A stretch of DNA of 64,000 nt from a virus (Duplodnaviria > Caudoviricetes), in the IMG/VR virus record IMGVR_UViG_2894657497_000001, positions 1 through 64,000 of that record; one strand, given 5' to 3'. This document shows, piece after piece, positions 41,291 through 50,671 of this stretch. Made by a program: the position numbers and the translations under genes. The stretch's first letter is position 1; every line of letters begins with the position of its first letter. A model generated the notes under the pieces. That model did no database searches. It saw only the letters and a program-made list of their open reading frames with translations, and was not told the origin of the DNA.

Positions 41291-41584
41291 ATGAGCAATT
41301 GCAAGCTGGAGCGTAATAAGCTGATCCCACAAGTAATAGCAGAGACAGATAACAGCTTCAAAGGCAAGCCGGTATCGGCAGTTGAATGGTGCGAACGTTT
41401 TCAGGAAAACATGGATAAGTTCGCACAGAAAAACTGGCTCGTGTCCAATAACAGCATCCCGGTAGATCTCGGGGTGCTCAAGAAGTTCATGGCAGACCAA
41501 GGCATGCTGCCGACACAGTTCGGGCAAATAGTCATTCACTGCAGCCCGAAGGATGTAAAGAAGGTCGAGTTTAAAAGCGTTTAG
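41291..41584 (+). CDS. Hypothetical protein
   Basis: GGAGG RBS; preceded by TTGACA-N17-TACCAT (41237-41265). Confidence 0.55.
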   Translation: MSNCKLERNKLIPQVIAETDNSFKGKPVSAVEWCERFQENMDKFAQKNWLVSNNSIPVDLGVLKKFMADQGMLPTQFGQIVIHCSPKDVKKVEFKSV

Positions 41585-41607
41585 GCCCGGCCATAACAAC
41601 TGAATAG

Positions 41608-41684
41608 CGGTTATTTAGACTCGCCAATGGCGATCACCTGAACCCGGAAACAGCACGAAACACCGTGCCGTCTCCGGGTTTTTT
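41608..41684 (+). promoter_or_regulatory. Structured leader copy 2 (upstream of prohead protease)
   Basis: Near-identical to 24665-24739. Confidence 0.7.
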
Positions 41685-41700
41685 CGTTCCGAGGTAGCAG

Positions 41701-42594
41701 ATGGAAGACAGCCAAGTCCTATTCGAAATGCCGGTGGAGATGGAGCTACGCAAGAGCGGAGACGGGAACCGCCGCATCGTGCGCGGCTACGCATCGACCG
41801 AATCCATGGATCAGGACGGCGAGACGATCCTGCAGAAGGGAATCGACTTCTCCCCCCTGCTTAAATCCGGATTCATCAACTACGACCACCAGTACCGCGA
41901 CATATGCGGCGCGAAGATGCCGATCATCATCGGTTACCCCATCAAGGCCGAGATCCGCGACAAGGGGCTCTGGGTCGAAAGCGAACTGCTCAAGAGCACC
42001 GATGCCGGCGACGTGACCAGCGAGCAACTGCGCCTTGCCGACGAGATGTGGGCGCTCGGTATGGCCCTGAAAAAGTCAGGGACCAGAAGCCTGGCGTATT
42101 CGGTCGAGGGCGGCGTGCTGCAACGCAAGGGAAAGAAGATCGTCAAGTCCGTGGTGAAACATTGCGCGCTCACGCACAAGCCGGTCAACCCGGAGGCAAC
42201 GGTCGAACTGTTCGCAAAGTCGCTCTGCTGCGGTCGCTGCAACCCGGAGAGCCCGCTGTTTATCCCGGGGCACTCCTGTGGTGATCACGCCCCGGTTTCC
42301 AAAGAGGACCGGGAGAACATCAGTAAGGCCCTGGATACCACGAATGGCGCCCCGCTCATGCGGGAAAACCTCGACAGGGGCATTACGTGCCTGCTGTACG
42401 GCGACACCAACTGCGGATGCTGCAATGGCAACGGGAAATTCATAAACGGCATGCAGGGGGCAGTAGAGCACCTCCAGAAATGCCGCGGCGCGTCCAGGGA
42501 CGAGAGCCTCAACTTCCTGCGGAGACTTATCACCGGATCCGCATACAACCCTGACCTCGCCGGAATAGTTAAACAGGCAGGAATCGTCACATAA
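41701..42594 (+). CDS. Prohead maturation protease (HK97/herpes-like fold)
   Basis: VRGYASTESMDQDGE, INYDH (His), YSVEG (Ser), CALTHKPVNP. Confidence 0.85.
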   Translation: MEDSQVLFEMPVEMELRKSGDGNRRIVRGYASTESMDQDGETILQKGIDFSPLLKSGFINYDHQYRDICGAKMPIIIGYPIKAEIRDKGLWVESELLKSTDAGDVTSEQLRLADEMWALGMALKKSGTRSLAYSVEGGVLQRKGKKIVKSVVKHCALTHKPVNPEATVELFAKSLCCGRCNPESPLFIPGHSCGDHAPVSKEDRENISKALDTTNGAPLMRENLDRGITCLLYGDTNCGCCNGNGKFINGMQGAVEHLQKCRGASRDESLNFLRRLITGSAYNPDLAGIVKQAGIVT

Positions 42595-42611
42595 AACCAG
42601 GAGGAACCAAG

Positions 42612-43301
42612 ATGGTAAAAGATCAGACGGCCTTGAAAAAGGCAATGGCAGAACTCGATGCAATCGAGAAGTCTGTCTCCGGCGAGCAGGAAAGCGAAAT
42701 CGACACGCTCACCAAATCGCTGGAAGACGAACTCGGAGGCGCAGCAGCCGCGCAGGCGGACCTCGCCAAAAGCACTGCGAGCGATGATGACAAGGGCGCA
42801 GAACCGGAGCCGGAAAACGACTCGGACGCGGACGACGACGTTGAGAAATCCCAGCAGAGCGCCGCGTTCTCCGAAGAGCTGGTCAAGGCGAGCGAAATGT
42901 ACGCCACCCTGACGAAATCCGTTCAGGACGGCATGGACACCACCATCGGAGCCCTCGATGTGATCCGCAAATCCCTGGCCGCATCCCTGAACCTCCAGAT
43001 CAAGACCGCCCAGGTCGTCGGGATGTTGGTCAAAGCCATGCCGGATACCGACAGCCTCGAAGGGATCAAGAAGTCCATCGATTCCCTGGCTGGCGGCGCG
43101 GTAATCCCCAACAAGGCGGTTTTGGGAATGGGCGAAGCCGAGCATATCGAAAAGAGCGAGAAGACCAACAGCGAGGTCCGGGAAGCGCTCAACAAGGCGG
43201 TCGATGAAGGCCGGGTCGCCGCAGGATACCTCTCGGTGTTCGGAACGTACAGAGATGTCAACCGTCTCCCCGAAGACGTAAGAAAAGAAATCGGCTTCTA
43301 G
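42612..43301 (+). CDS. Putative scaffold protein
   Basis: Acidic, helical, between protease and capsid; many K-S/K-A sites. Confidence 0.7.
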   Translation: MVKDQTALKKAMAELDAIEKSVSGEQESEIDTLTKSLEDELGGAAAAQADLAKSTASDDDKGAEPEPENDSDADDDVEKSQQSAAFSEELVKASEMYATLTKSVQDGMDTTIGALDVIRKSLAASLNLQIKTAQVVGMLVKAMPDTDSLEGIKKSIDSLAGGAVIPNKAVLGMGEAEHIEKSEKTNSEVREALNKAVDEGRVAAGYLSVFGTYRDVNRLPEDVRKEIGF

Positions 43302-43329
43302 CCGGAACCAACAAGGAGGAACACAGCAC

Positions 43330-44766
43330 ATGGTACTGTCTTATGACCAGATCCTTAAAAGCGCCGGCATGGAAATCACCGGCGATGACCGGGTAGAAGA
43401 TCTCCGCAAGGCCCTCTACTCGACCCAGAGCGGCGCCGCTTCCGGCTCGTCTGCCGGCCCGCTGATGCTCGAAAACCTGGACTCGGTGATGACCGAAGTC
43501 CTCTACACCGAGAAGCACTTCAAGGTGTACAACTACCTGCCCAAAGTCCCGAGTGCCCAGGCGTACTACCAGTACAACAAGCACACCGGATACGGCAGCA
43601 ACCGTGCCGGTGGCGCAGGCTTCGCTGAAGGTGGCGCACCGCAGGGCCGCAACTCTACGTTCTCGCGTAACGGCGTCTACACCAAATACCTCGGCGTCCA
43701 GGGCGGCGTTACTCACCAGATGCTGGTGGCCGGCCAGAACGGTGGCGTGTTTGAAGACCCGAACGTCCGTGAGAACCGCGACCGCACCCTGGAACTGCTC
43801 GAAAAAATCGAGCGCGAGCTGGTGTTCGGCCAGGCTGCCATCCAGGACGGCAACGGCGTCGAGGTCAACTTCGACGGCCTTCTGACCTCCCTCATGGCGC
43901 AGAAATCGTCCAACGTGATCGATATGCAGGGCAAGCCTCTGGGATTCAGCAACCTCGACGAATCCGCGCTCTCGTTGGTCACTACCGGCAAGCAGCCCTC
44001 CGTCGATGGTTACATCTGCCTGAGTTCTGCCCACGTTAAGAGCGGCCTCAACAAGCAGTTCGCCGCCGCCAACATGGTCCGTATGAACAAGGATACCGCA
44101 ACCGGCCAGGTCTATACCCCCGGTACGGCAATCGATAAGTACGACACCGAGTTCGGCACCATGCAGCTTGACCACAGTATCTTGCTGCAGGAAGTCGATG
44201 GTGGCGTACCGGCAACAGTCGCTCTGGCCAACTCCCCGGCGATTCCTGCCATCACCACCCAGCCGGCAGCAACGGCAGATGCCGCCTCCACCCTGTTCGC
44301 CGGGACGTACTACTACTCGGTGGCAGCCTTCAACGACGTGGGCGAATCGCTGCCGGTCGTCTGCACCGCAGTAGCCCCCACCGCAGGCCAGCGGGTCACC
44401 ATCGTGATCACCCGTACCACCGGCGCCACCGGCTACCGTATCTACCGCGGCCTTGCTGCTGACGGCTCCGACGCCAAATGGATTGCTAAGGTGGCCCAGA
44501 CCGCTGCCGGCAACCTGACGTTCGTCGACCAGGGCGCATGGAAACCGCTGGACGTCAACGGTAAACCCGGCGACGGTATCGCAATCCTGTTCAAGCCCAA
44601 CCCGGCAGACATTGCGATTGCCCAGATGACCCCGCTGATCAAGATGCCGCTGCCGCAGGTTGGCACCATCTTCCCCTTCCTGCTCTTGGTCTACATGGTG
44701 AGCGTGCTCAAAGCCCCCGAGCGCCTGATCATTTACAAGAACTGCGGGACTTACCCTACGGCGTAA
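43330..44766 (+). CDS. Major capsid protein (Herelleviridae/SPO1-like architecture with Ig-like insertion)
   Basis: 478 aa after scaffold; GPLMLENLD, IERELVFG...NFDGL; beta-rich insertion TYYYSVAAFNDVGES; strongly biased codons. Confidence 0.85.
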   Translation: MVLSYDQILKSAGMEITGDDRVEDLRKALYSTQSGAASGSSAGPLMLENLDSVMTEVLYTEKHFKVYNYLPKVPSAQAYYQYNKHTGYGSNRAGGAGFAEGGAPQGRNSTFSRNGVYTKYLGVQGGVTHQMLVAGQNGGVFEDPNVRENRDRTLELLEKIERELVFGQAAIQDGNGVEVNFDGLLTSLMAQKSSNVIDMQGKPLGFSNLDESALSLVTTGKQPSVDGYICLSSAHVKSGLNKQFAAANMVRMNKDTATGQVYTPGTAIDKYDTEFGTMQLDHSILLQEVDGGVPATVALANSPAIPAITTQPAATADAASTLFAGTYYYSVAAFNDVGESLPVVCTAVAPTAGQRVTIVITRTTGATGYRIYRGLAADGSDAKWIAKVAQTAAGNLTFVDQGAWKPLDVNGKPGDGIAILFKPNPADIAIAQMTPLIKMPLPQVGTIFPFLLLVYMVSVLKAPERLIIYKNCGTYPTA

Positions 44767-44790
44767 GTAGCGTATAGCAAACAGTGAGCA

Positions 44791-44818
44791 AAAGAGGGGA
44801 GTCCAAACTCCCCTCTTT
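44791..44818 (+). terminator. Hairpin / probable intrinsic terminator after the capsid gene
   Basis: AAAGAGGGGAG-TCCAAA-CTCCCCTCTTT. Confidence 0.6.
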
Positions 44819-44843
44819 ATCAAAAAAACACCCGGAGGAAAGT

Positions 44844-45224
44844 ATGGCCACAAAAACGATTGAGATTGCATCCATCCACAAAGGCGACGTCAACATCTGC
44901 ACCAAGAGCAACGAGCAGCGTACCATCACGTTCGAGGATAAGGGCGCCGTGGGTTTGGCCCTGGTCGATAACGACGAAGCGGAAATCCTCTTGGAAATCG
45001 GCCTGCCCAACTACTGGAAACCGACCGTCAATGGCGGATCAGCATCGGATTCCAGCGCCGCCAGTGACGACAGCACTGTGAAGGTCATTGCCACCGTCCT
45101 GATCGAGCAGATCAACGCCGCCGAAACCGCCGAAGCTGTGGACGTCCTGGTCGGGGATGACACCAGGAAAACAGTCCTGGCCGCCGCCACCGCCCGCAAA
45201 GCTGCATTGGCTCCTGCCGAATAA
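44844..45224 (+). CDS. Hypothetical virion-associated protein
   Basis: GGAGG RBS; C-terminal TRKTVLAA motif. Confidence 0.55.
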   Translation: MATKTIEIASIHKGDVNICTKSNEQRTITFEDKGAVGLALVDNDEAEILLEIGLPNYWKPTVNGGSASDSSAASDDSTVKVIATVLIEQINAAETAEAVDVLVGDDTRKTVLAAATARKAALAPAE

Positions 45225-46576
45225 TGGCACTCACTGGCATCGAAATACGGCTCAACCGGGAAGAATACTCCCGGTTCGAGCCGGCCAGATCGGTGGTGCA
45301 GGCCCGGATAGTCCCGACACCAGCCACCGCCCTTGTATCTGAATCCGTCGTGGTATCCATCGAAAAGAAGGGGATCCCGATTGCCACCCTCCCGGTGACT
45401 TTCAACGGCGACGTCGCAAAGGGCGCAGTTGTAGCTTTTGACCTGAACGGCATCACCGACGCCAACGGGATCACGCATATCAACCGCGGCGATTACAGCA
45501 TAACGGCTACGCAGGGGAGCCTGACGACGGCGGGAACATTCAAAGTCGCCATGATCACCGCCGCCGAACTGCGAAAATCATACTGCCAGGGCCTTCACCT
45601 GGTCGCGGGCCTGAAAATGGCCCCCAAGCGCCAGCCATCAGTCGTGACCGGCGTGGTCATTACCAACGTGTCCAAGAGCACCACCAAGGGCGTCAAGGCG
45701 CTGGCCTGGGATGCTACGGCCAAAACCCTGACCTGGGACGGTGGAGTCGCCACCCCGATCACCGAGGACAGCATCGAGGAAATACTGATCGATGCAAAAG
45801 GCAACTACGTTGAAACAGAAATCGATTTCTACGCGCTTCCCGACGCAAACGCTGCCGAGGGTATCCTGATCGACCAGCAAGAGCTTACAGACGAATTTCT
45901 GCGCTCGGAGATCGAAAAGGCGACGACGGAGATCGAAGACGCCCTGAAGGTATCGCTGGAGCCATTACGCATTGCCACGGATCCGTATTATTCGGCACCG
46001 GACCAAGGGGAATACTTCGACGCCAAGGCCACCTCCCTGGCCTACTACGAAAAGGACTTCAACCAGCGAGGCATGTCATGGCATATCGATTTGCCGTACC
46101 ACCAAGTCGTCGCGGTCGATAGCTTGGTCGGATACCTCGGAGACACCAAGGCCCTGGAACTGAAAGCCGGAGCCCTTACAGTCAACCGGAAGACCGGCAA
46201 CGTGGACGTGCTGCCGTACAACAGCCAGTTCGCCATGTTTTACGCATTTTTTTTGGGGATGAACTTCTGGGGGGTCCGGGAATATATCGCCAATTTCTGG
46301 CGTTACAAGCTGCTGGTCGGCGTGACGGACAAGCACGCGGAACTCATAAAGATGGTCGGCTACGCCGCTTCGATATCCGTCCTGATCACCGCCGAGCAGG
46401 CATACCGATCAGGCATGACCAACGAGAGCATCAGCAAGGACGGAGTGTCGCGCAGCACGGCATATAATGCCCAAGGCATCTACGATACCACGATTGCCGA
46501 GTACAAGGGATGGCTCAAGGACAACATCCCCAAATACCGCAATCTGTACCGCGGGATGCCCTGCGTGGTGGTCTGA
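45224..46576 (+). CDS. Head-tail adaptor-like protein
   Basis: Position; C-terminal ESISKDGVSRS motif typical of adaptors. Confidence 0.55.
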   Translation: MALTGIEIRLNREEYSRFEPARSVVQARIVPTPATALVSESVVVSIEKKGIPIATLPVTFNGDVAKGAVVAFDLNGITDANGITHINRGDYSITATQGSLTTAGTFKVAMITAAELRKSYCQGLHLVAGLKMAPKRQPSVVTGVVITNVSKSTTKGVKALAWDATAKTLTWDGGVATPITEDSIEEILIDAKGNYVETEIDFYALPDANAAEGILIDQQELTDEFLRSEIEKATTEIEDALKVSLEPLRIATDPYYSAPDQGEYFDAKATSLAYYEKDFNQRGMSWHIDLPYHQVVAVDSLVGYLGDTKALELKAGALTVNRKTGNVDVLPYNSQFAMFYAFFLGMNFWGVREYIANFWRYKLLVGVTDKHAELIKMVGYAASISVLITAEQAYRSGMTNESISKDGVSRSTAYNAQGIYDTTIAEYKGWLKDNIPKYRNLYRGMPCVVV

Positions 46577-46577
46577 C

Positions 46578-47210
46578 ATGCCCATCCCCGTAGAGGCCAT
46601 AGACCAGTTTGTGGACGACGAGGGCGAAACGGTCCGGCACCAGATCGGCATGCGCTGCTTCTGCCACGGAGCAGACGGCCAGCCGGACCCGAACTGCACC
46701 CTCCACGAGAACGGAGGATGGTACTACGCCGAGGAACAGATCATCACCGGCCTGGTGACCGACATCAGCCAGCGCAGGGAGTTGATGGAGACCGGAGCGT
46801 TCATGCCGGGAGACTGCGTATTCTCCCCCAAGTCGACCGATCTGGTCAGCGAAGGCGACAAGATCATTTTCACCTGGCCTTTGCCATACGGCCAGGGGGA
46901 TGTGCTGGTCAGAGGGACCGGGGCGAGCGACACGCTCTACTATGAGGGCGTCAAGGGCATCTACTGTATCGACCAGGTAAAGCAGTATTACCGGCAGGAT
47001 GTGGACTATAAGCTGGACGGGAAAAACATCGTCTGGGATTGGACCGGTAAAACCGGCATAAAGCCCGCCTCCGGCACCAAGTACGTGATCAAGTACACGG
47101 CCTATATCGAGTGGATCGCCTTCGTGCCCCCGGTGACCAGGACCAGCTCCGGCGAGGATATCGGCGCTAAGGTAATGCTGCGCAAGAAGCACCTCATGGA
47201 GCAGGTATGA
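46578..47210 (+). CDS. Neck / head-closure-like protein
   Basis: RCFC...DPNCTL motif; synteny. Confidence 0.5.
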   Translation: MPIPVEAIDQFVDDEGETVRHQIGMRCFCHGADGQPDPNCTLHENGGWYYAEEQIITGLVTDISQRRELMETGAFMPGDCVFSPKSTDLVSEGDKIIFTWPLPYGQGDVLVRGTGASDTLYYEGVKGIYCIDQVKQYYRQDVDYKLDGKNIVWDWTGKTGIKPASGTKYVIKYTAYIEWIAFVPPVTRTSSGEDIGAKVMLRKKHLMEQV

Positions 47211-47977
47211 TGCAAACCGCCCCCAACATAGATGCGGCCATTATCAAGGCGGCGCAGTATGTCCAGGCTACGTGGCAACAGGCGGCCATGGGCGCGATAC
47301 AGTTGCCGGGGGCTACCACCCCCACGGTCAACATCGGTCTGCGCCAGCTTTATGCAGATAATATCGTGCTCGGCAACCAGGTCAGGGGCGTCAACAGCGT
47401 TTCCCAGCGGATAATCGCAACAAAGAAGATCGCCGAGCAACTGGAAAACGGATGCGGCCCATGGGACATGAAGCCCATGCTCCTGAACGGTCCGAAGGCC
47501 AGAGTGGGCAAGAACGGCAGGTACAACATTATCCCGTTCCGCCACGGCACGGGCAGTAGCTCTGCCCCGAACAACAATTTTAAGACCATGCCGAAGGACA
47601 TATACCAGAAGGCACGGCAAATGAAAGCGACGGTGCAGCAGGGCAACAGGCTCAAATACGGCGGCAGGTTGACCGGGACGGAAACCAAGTACGCCCCCGG
47701 GAAAAACCCCACCAGCGGGTATCAGCACAAGGCCGGCAGGTTTGAAGGGATGGTCAGGGTCGAGAAGACCTATGCCAAGGCAAAGCAGAGCACGTACCTG
47801 ACCTTCCGCGTCGTCAGCGAGAAGTCAGACCCAGGGTCGTGGATCCACCCGGGATACCAGGCGCACCATATCGCCAAAGGGGTAGAAAATTTCTGCCGGT
47901 CCGCAGTAGAGCAGATGATCCAGGAGGCGGCAACACACGATCTCCAAGAGGCGATTGTCACCATAGGAGCAGTGTAA
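47207..47977 (+). CDS. Neck protein
   Basis: IIPFRH...YLTFRVVSEKSDPGSWIHPG resembles SPO1/Twort-like neck proteins. Confidence 0.55.
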   Translation: MMQTAPNIDAAIIKAAQYVQATWQQAAMGAIQLPGATTPTVNIGLRQLYADNIVLGNQVRGVNSVSQRIIATKKIAEQLENGCGPWDMKPMLLNGPKARVGKNGRYNIIPFRHGTGSSSAPNNNFKTMPKDIYQKARQMKATVQQGNRLKYGGRLTGTETKYAPGKNPTSGYQHKAGRFEGMVRVEKTYAKAKQSTYLTFRVVSEKSDPGSWIHPGYQAHHIAKGVENFCRSAVEQMIQEAATHDLQEAIVTIGAV

Positions 47978-48622
47978 ATGGGATTCCCGAACATCGACAA
48001 GATGCTACAAAAACTGTTCGTACAAAAGGTTCAGGAAGCGCAGGCAGATCCGCAAACGTTGATCGATGATCTTTTTGACGATCTGGACAGTGCCGAGCAA
48101 GCCGAAATCAGCCAGTACCTACTCAGAAAGGAATTCACCAAGGACGTTCGTGATCGCGGGAGCAAGGTATTCGTCACCCTGAGTTTTATCATGACCGACG
48201 TCCCGTTCCCGCAGATCGGGATTACTCTCGGGCAGGAGAACACGGACCGGTGGATAGGCGACGCCATCGGGGAGTCGGTGGCGGTAACCGATACGACCGG
48301 GAAGACCATCGCGTGGGATGTGGTCAAGGGCTACTACGCGAAATCATCCTGGAACGTGACCATAGCCGCAGCGACCAAGGACGAGGTTATATGGCTGTCC
48401 CGGCTGTGCCAGCACAGCATCATGTCCAGCATGGATGATCTGGCCGGCGCCGGCGTCGCAGAACTCGACGTAGCCATGGCAGACCTCCAACTGCAGGCCG
48501 ACCAGCAGCCTATGACCGTTTTCAGTCGGCAGCTTCGTATCACGGCCACCACGGAGAACACCTGGAAGAAACGCATACCGGCCTCATACTATGCGACCGG
48601 CAACAATACGGCATTAGCGTAA
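47978..48622 (+). CDS. Tail-completion/terminator-like protein
   Basis: Synteny upstream of sheath; PFPQIGITLGQE. Confidence 0.5.
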   Translation: MGFPNIDKMLQKLFVQKVQEAQADPQTLIDDLFDDLDSAEQAEISQYLLRKEFTKDVRDRGSKVFVTLSFIMTDVPFPQIGITLGQENTDRWIGDAIGESVAVTDTTGKTIAWDVVKGYYAKSSWNVTIAAATKDEVIWLSRLCQHSIMSSMDDLAGAGVAELDVAMADLQLQADQQPMTVFSRQLRITATTENTWKKRIPASYYATGNNTALA

Positions 48623-48662
48623 CCATGATGTAGCGCATAGCAAACAAAGGGAGGTTCACAAC

Positions 48663-48935
48663 ATGGGTAATAGAGCAGGTACGTCCGCGAACTCGGATAC
48701 GACGGACACCAGCACAACCGAGGAAGTTCAGGAGTTCCCGGTCACACTGACCGAGTTCCTGGCCGAGATCCAGCATTCACAGGCCGAGCGGAAAGCGTCC
48801 TTCGAGCACCTCTGCAAGAAGGAAGGAATCAACGGGCGCAAAACCAGGGCGGAATGGAACGCCTTGATAACGTCATTCGACAACAAGCCGGTCGGCACCA
48901 CATGGACTGATTGGCAGAACCAGGGAGGTAAATAG
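48663..48935 (+). CDS. Hypothetical protein
   Basis: GGAGG RBS; 90 aa. Confidence 0.5.
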   Translation: MGNRAGTSANSDTTDTSTTEEVQEFPVTLTEFLAEIQHSQAERKASFEHLCKKEGINGRKTRAEWNALITSFDNKPVGTTWTDWQNQGGK

Positions 48936-48937
48936 GG

Positions 48938-50671
48938 ATGGGAAAGGGAATACTCTGGAACGGTAAATATTACCTGACGCCGCAGGCAGGATCCCGCATC
49001 GATTCGTCCGGCCTGTCAAGCGTGACCCTCGGCAGCGACAATAATGTTGCATTCCTGGCGGAGATGACCGGGCTGATACCGCCCAAAACAGCGCAGAAGG
49101 TCTCCGACCCGTCGCTGCCGCTGTCGCTGATTTATACCGACCGCGAAGAGGCGCGTCTGGCAACGCAATTGCTGTTCTCGCCGTCAACGGCGGTTGCCGG
49201 CGCCAGCAACGTCTACCTGATACCGGTCAACCCGTGTACCCAGGCAAACTCGACATTCTCCAACGTCCTGAAATTGACGTCGTACCTCTACGGGCTCACG
49301 GCAAATCAGATCAAGGCGAAGATCGAGGCGGGCACCACCGGGAAAAAGGTCACGGTCCAGTATGGCAGCAACGTGGAAACATACGACAACCTTACCAATA
49401 GTTCGTTTTCGATCAAGTACACCGGTACCGGGACCGCTTGCACCATGACCATCAATGTGGCCGCAGCAACCGCATTGCTGACCACGGCATGCACGGGGGC
49501 CACGACTGACAACCTGTCTCTCAGTCTGACCGCCTACAAGACGATTTCCCAACTCGTCAATGCCATCGAGTCGAGCGGGAAGTACGATGTTACGGTCCTC
49601 ACCGGTTCGCCCGACGATGATCTCAGCATCGACCTCGACAACGTGACGACGCAGGACATTATGACCGCAGTATATACGGCCAAAAGCGACCTGCAGGCGA
49701 TAGTCGACGGCATCAACAAGTATTCCAGCTACGTGAGTGCGGCGCGGGTTGCCGACGCCGGCGCGGCCCCGGCCAATGTGGCATGGACCTTTCTCGCGGG
49801 CGGTACGGAAGGAACCACGACATCATCCGATTGGGACGATGCTCTTTCGCTGCTCAAGGGGATGGATGTTCAGATCGTCGTGGCGCTCACATCCGATGCC
49901 TCGGTACATGCCAAGCTGTCGGCCCACTGCACCTACATGAGCGGGCCGAACGGCAAAAGCGAACGCCGTGGATTCGTAGGCGGAGCCCTGCAATCTTGGG
50001 TCAGCGAGACGGCCAGGACTGCCGCGATCACCGCGCTCGAGGGACTGGCCGATGACCTCAATACCGACCGTATCGTGCATGCCACCCTGGGATGCTACCG
50101 GTACGATCCCAATGGCAACAAGAAGCTGTATCCGGCATATCTGACCGCATGCATTTATGCCGGAATCGCAGCCGGAGCAACACCGGTCACCCCGCTGACG
50201 CGCAAAAGCCTCGACTGCCTCGGCCTCGAAGTCGAACTGAGAAAGTCGGAAGTCGATACGCTGATTGATGCCGGCCTGGCTCCGCCTATTCCCGACGCGG
50301 TAGCCGGGAGCGGGTATGTTATCAGCCGCCAGATCACCACATGGAACCAGACTGACGACCTGTACCGTCTGGAATATTCGGTTGGTCGCGGCGCCGACTA
50401 TATCGCCCGCCAGGTTCGCAACGAGCACGAGGCGCTGGTTGGGCAGGCCGGCACCGAGACGCTGGACATTACCATCGTCAACGTGACCAACGCGGTCCTG
50501 GCCGCCGCCAAGCGCGACGGGTACATCCGTAACTACGACCCGAAATCCACGCAACTGCGGGTGGACGGAACCGTTCGGTATGTTGACTATTGGGCAGAAC
50601 CGATACTTCCCGTGAATTTCGTGTTTAGTACATTCCATCTGCAGCCTACGAAGTTTTCAATAGGCATATAA
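48938..50671 (+). CDS. Tail sheath protein
   Basis: 577 aa; FLAGGTEG, PLTRKSL, RQITT...EYSVGRGADY, PILPVNFV sheath-type motifs. Confidence 0.88.
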   Translation: MGKGILWNGKYYLTPQAGSRIDSSGLSSVTLGSDNNVAFLAEMTGLIPPKTAQKVSDPSLPLSLIYTDREEARLATQLLFSPSTAVAGASNVYLIPVNPCTQANSTFSNVLKLTSYLYGLTANQIKAKIEAGTTGKKVTVQYGSNVETYDNLTNSSFSIKYTGTGTACTMTINVAAATALLTTACTGATTDNLSLSLTAYKTISQLVNAIESSGKYDVTVLTGSPDDDLSIDLDNVTTQDIMTAVYTAKSDLQAIVDGINKYSSYVSAARVADAGAAPANVAWTFLAGGTEGTTTSSDWDDALSLLKGMDVQIVVALTSDASVHAKLSAHCTYMSGPNGKSERRGFVGGALQSWVSETARTAAITALEGLADDLNTDRIVHATLGCYRYDPNGNKKLYPAYLTACIYAGIAAGATPVTPLTRKSLDCLGLEVELRKSEVDTLIDAGLAPPIPDAVAGSGYVISRQITTWNQTDDLYRLEYSVGRGADYIARQVRNEHEALVGQAGTETLDITIVNVTNAVLAAAKRDGYIRNYDPKSTQLRVDGTVRYVDYWAEPILPVNFVFSTFHLQPTKFSIGI

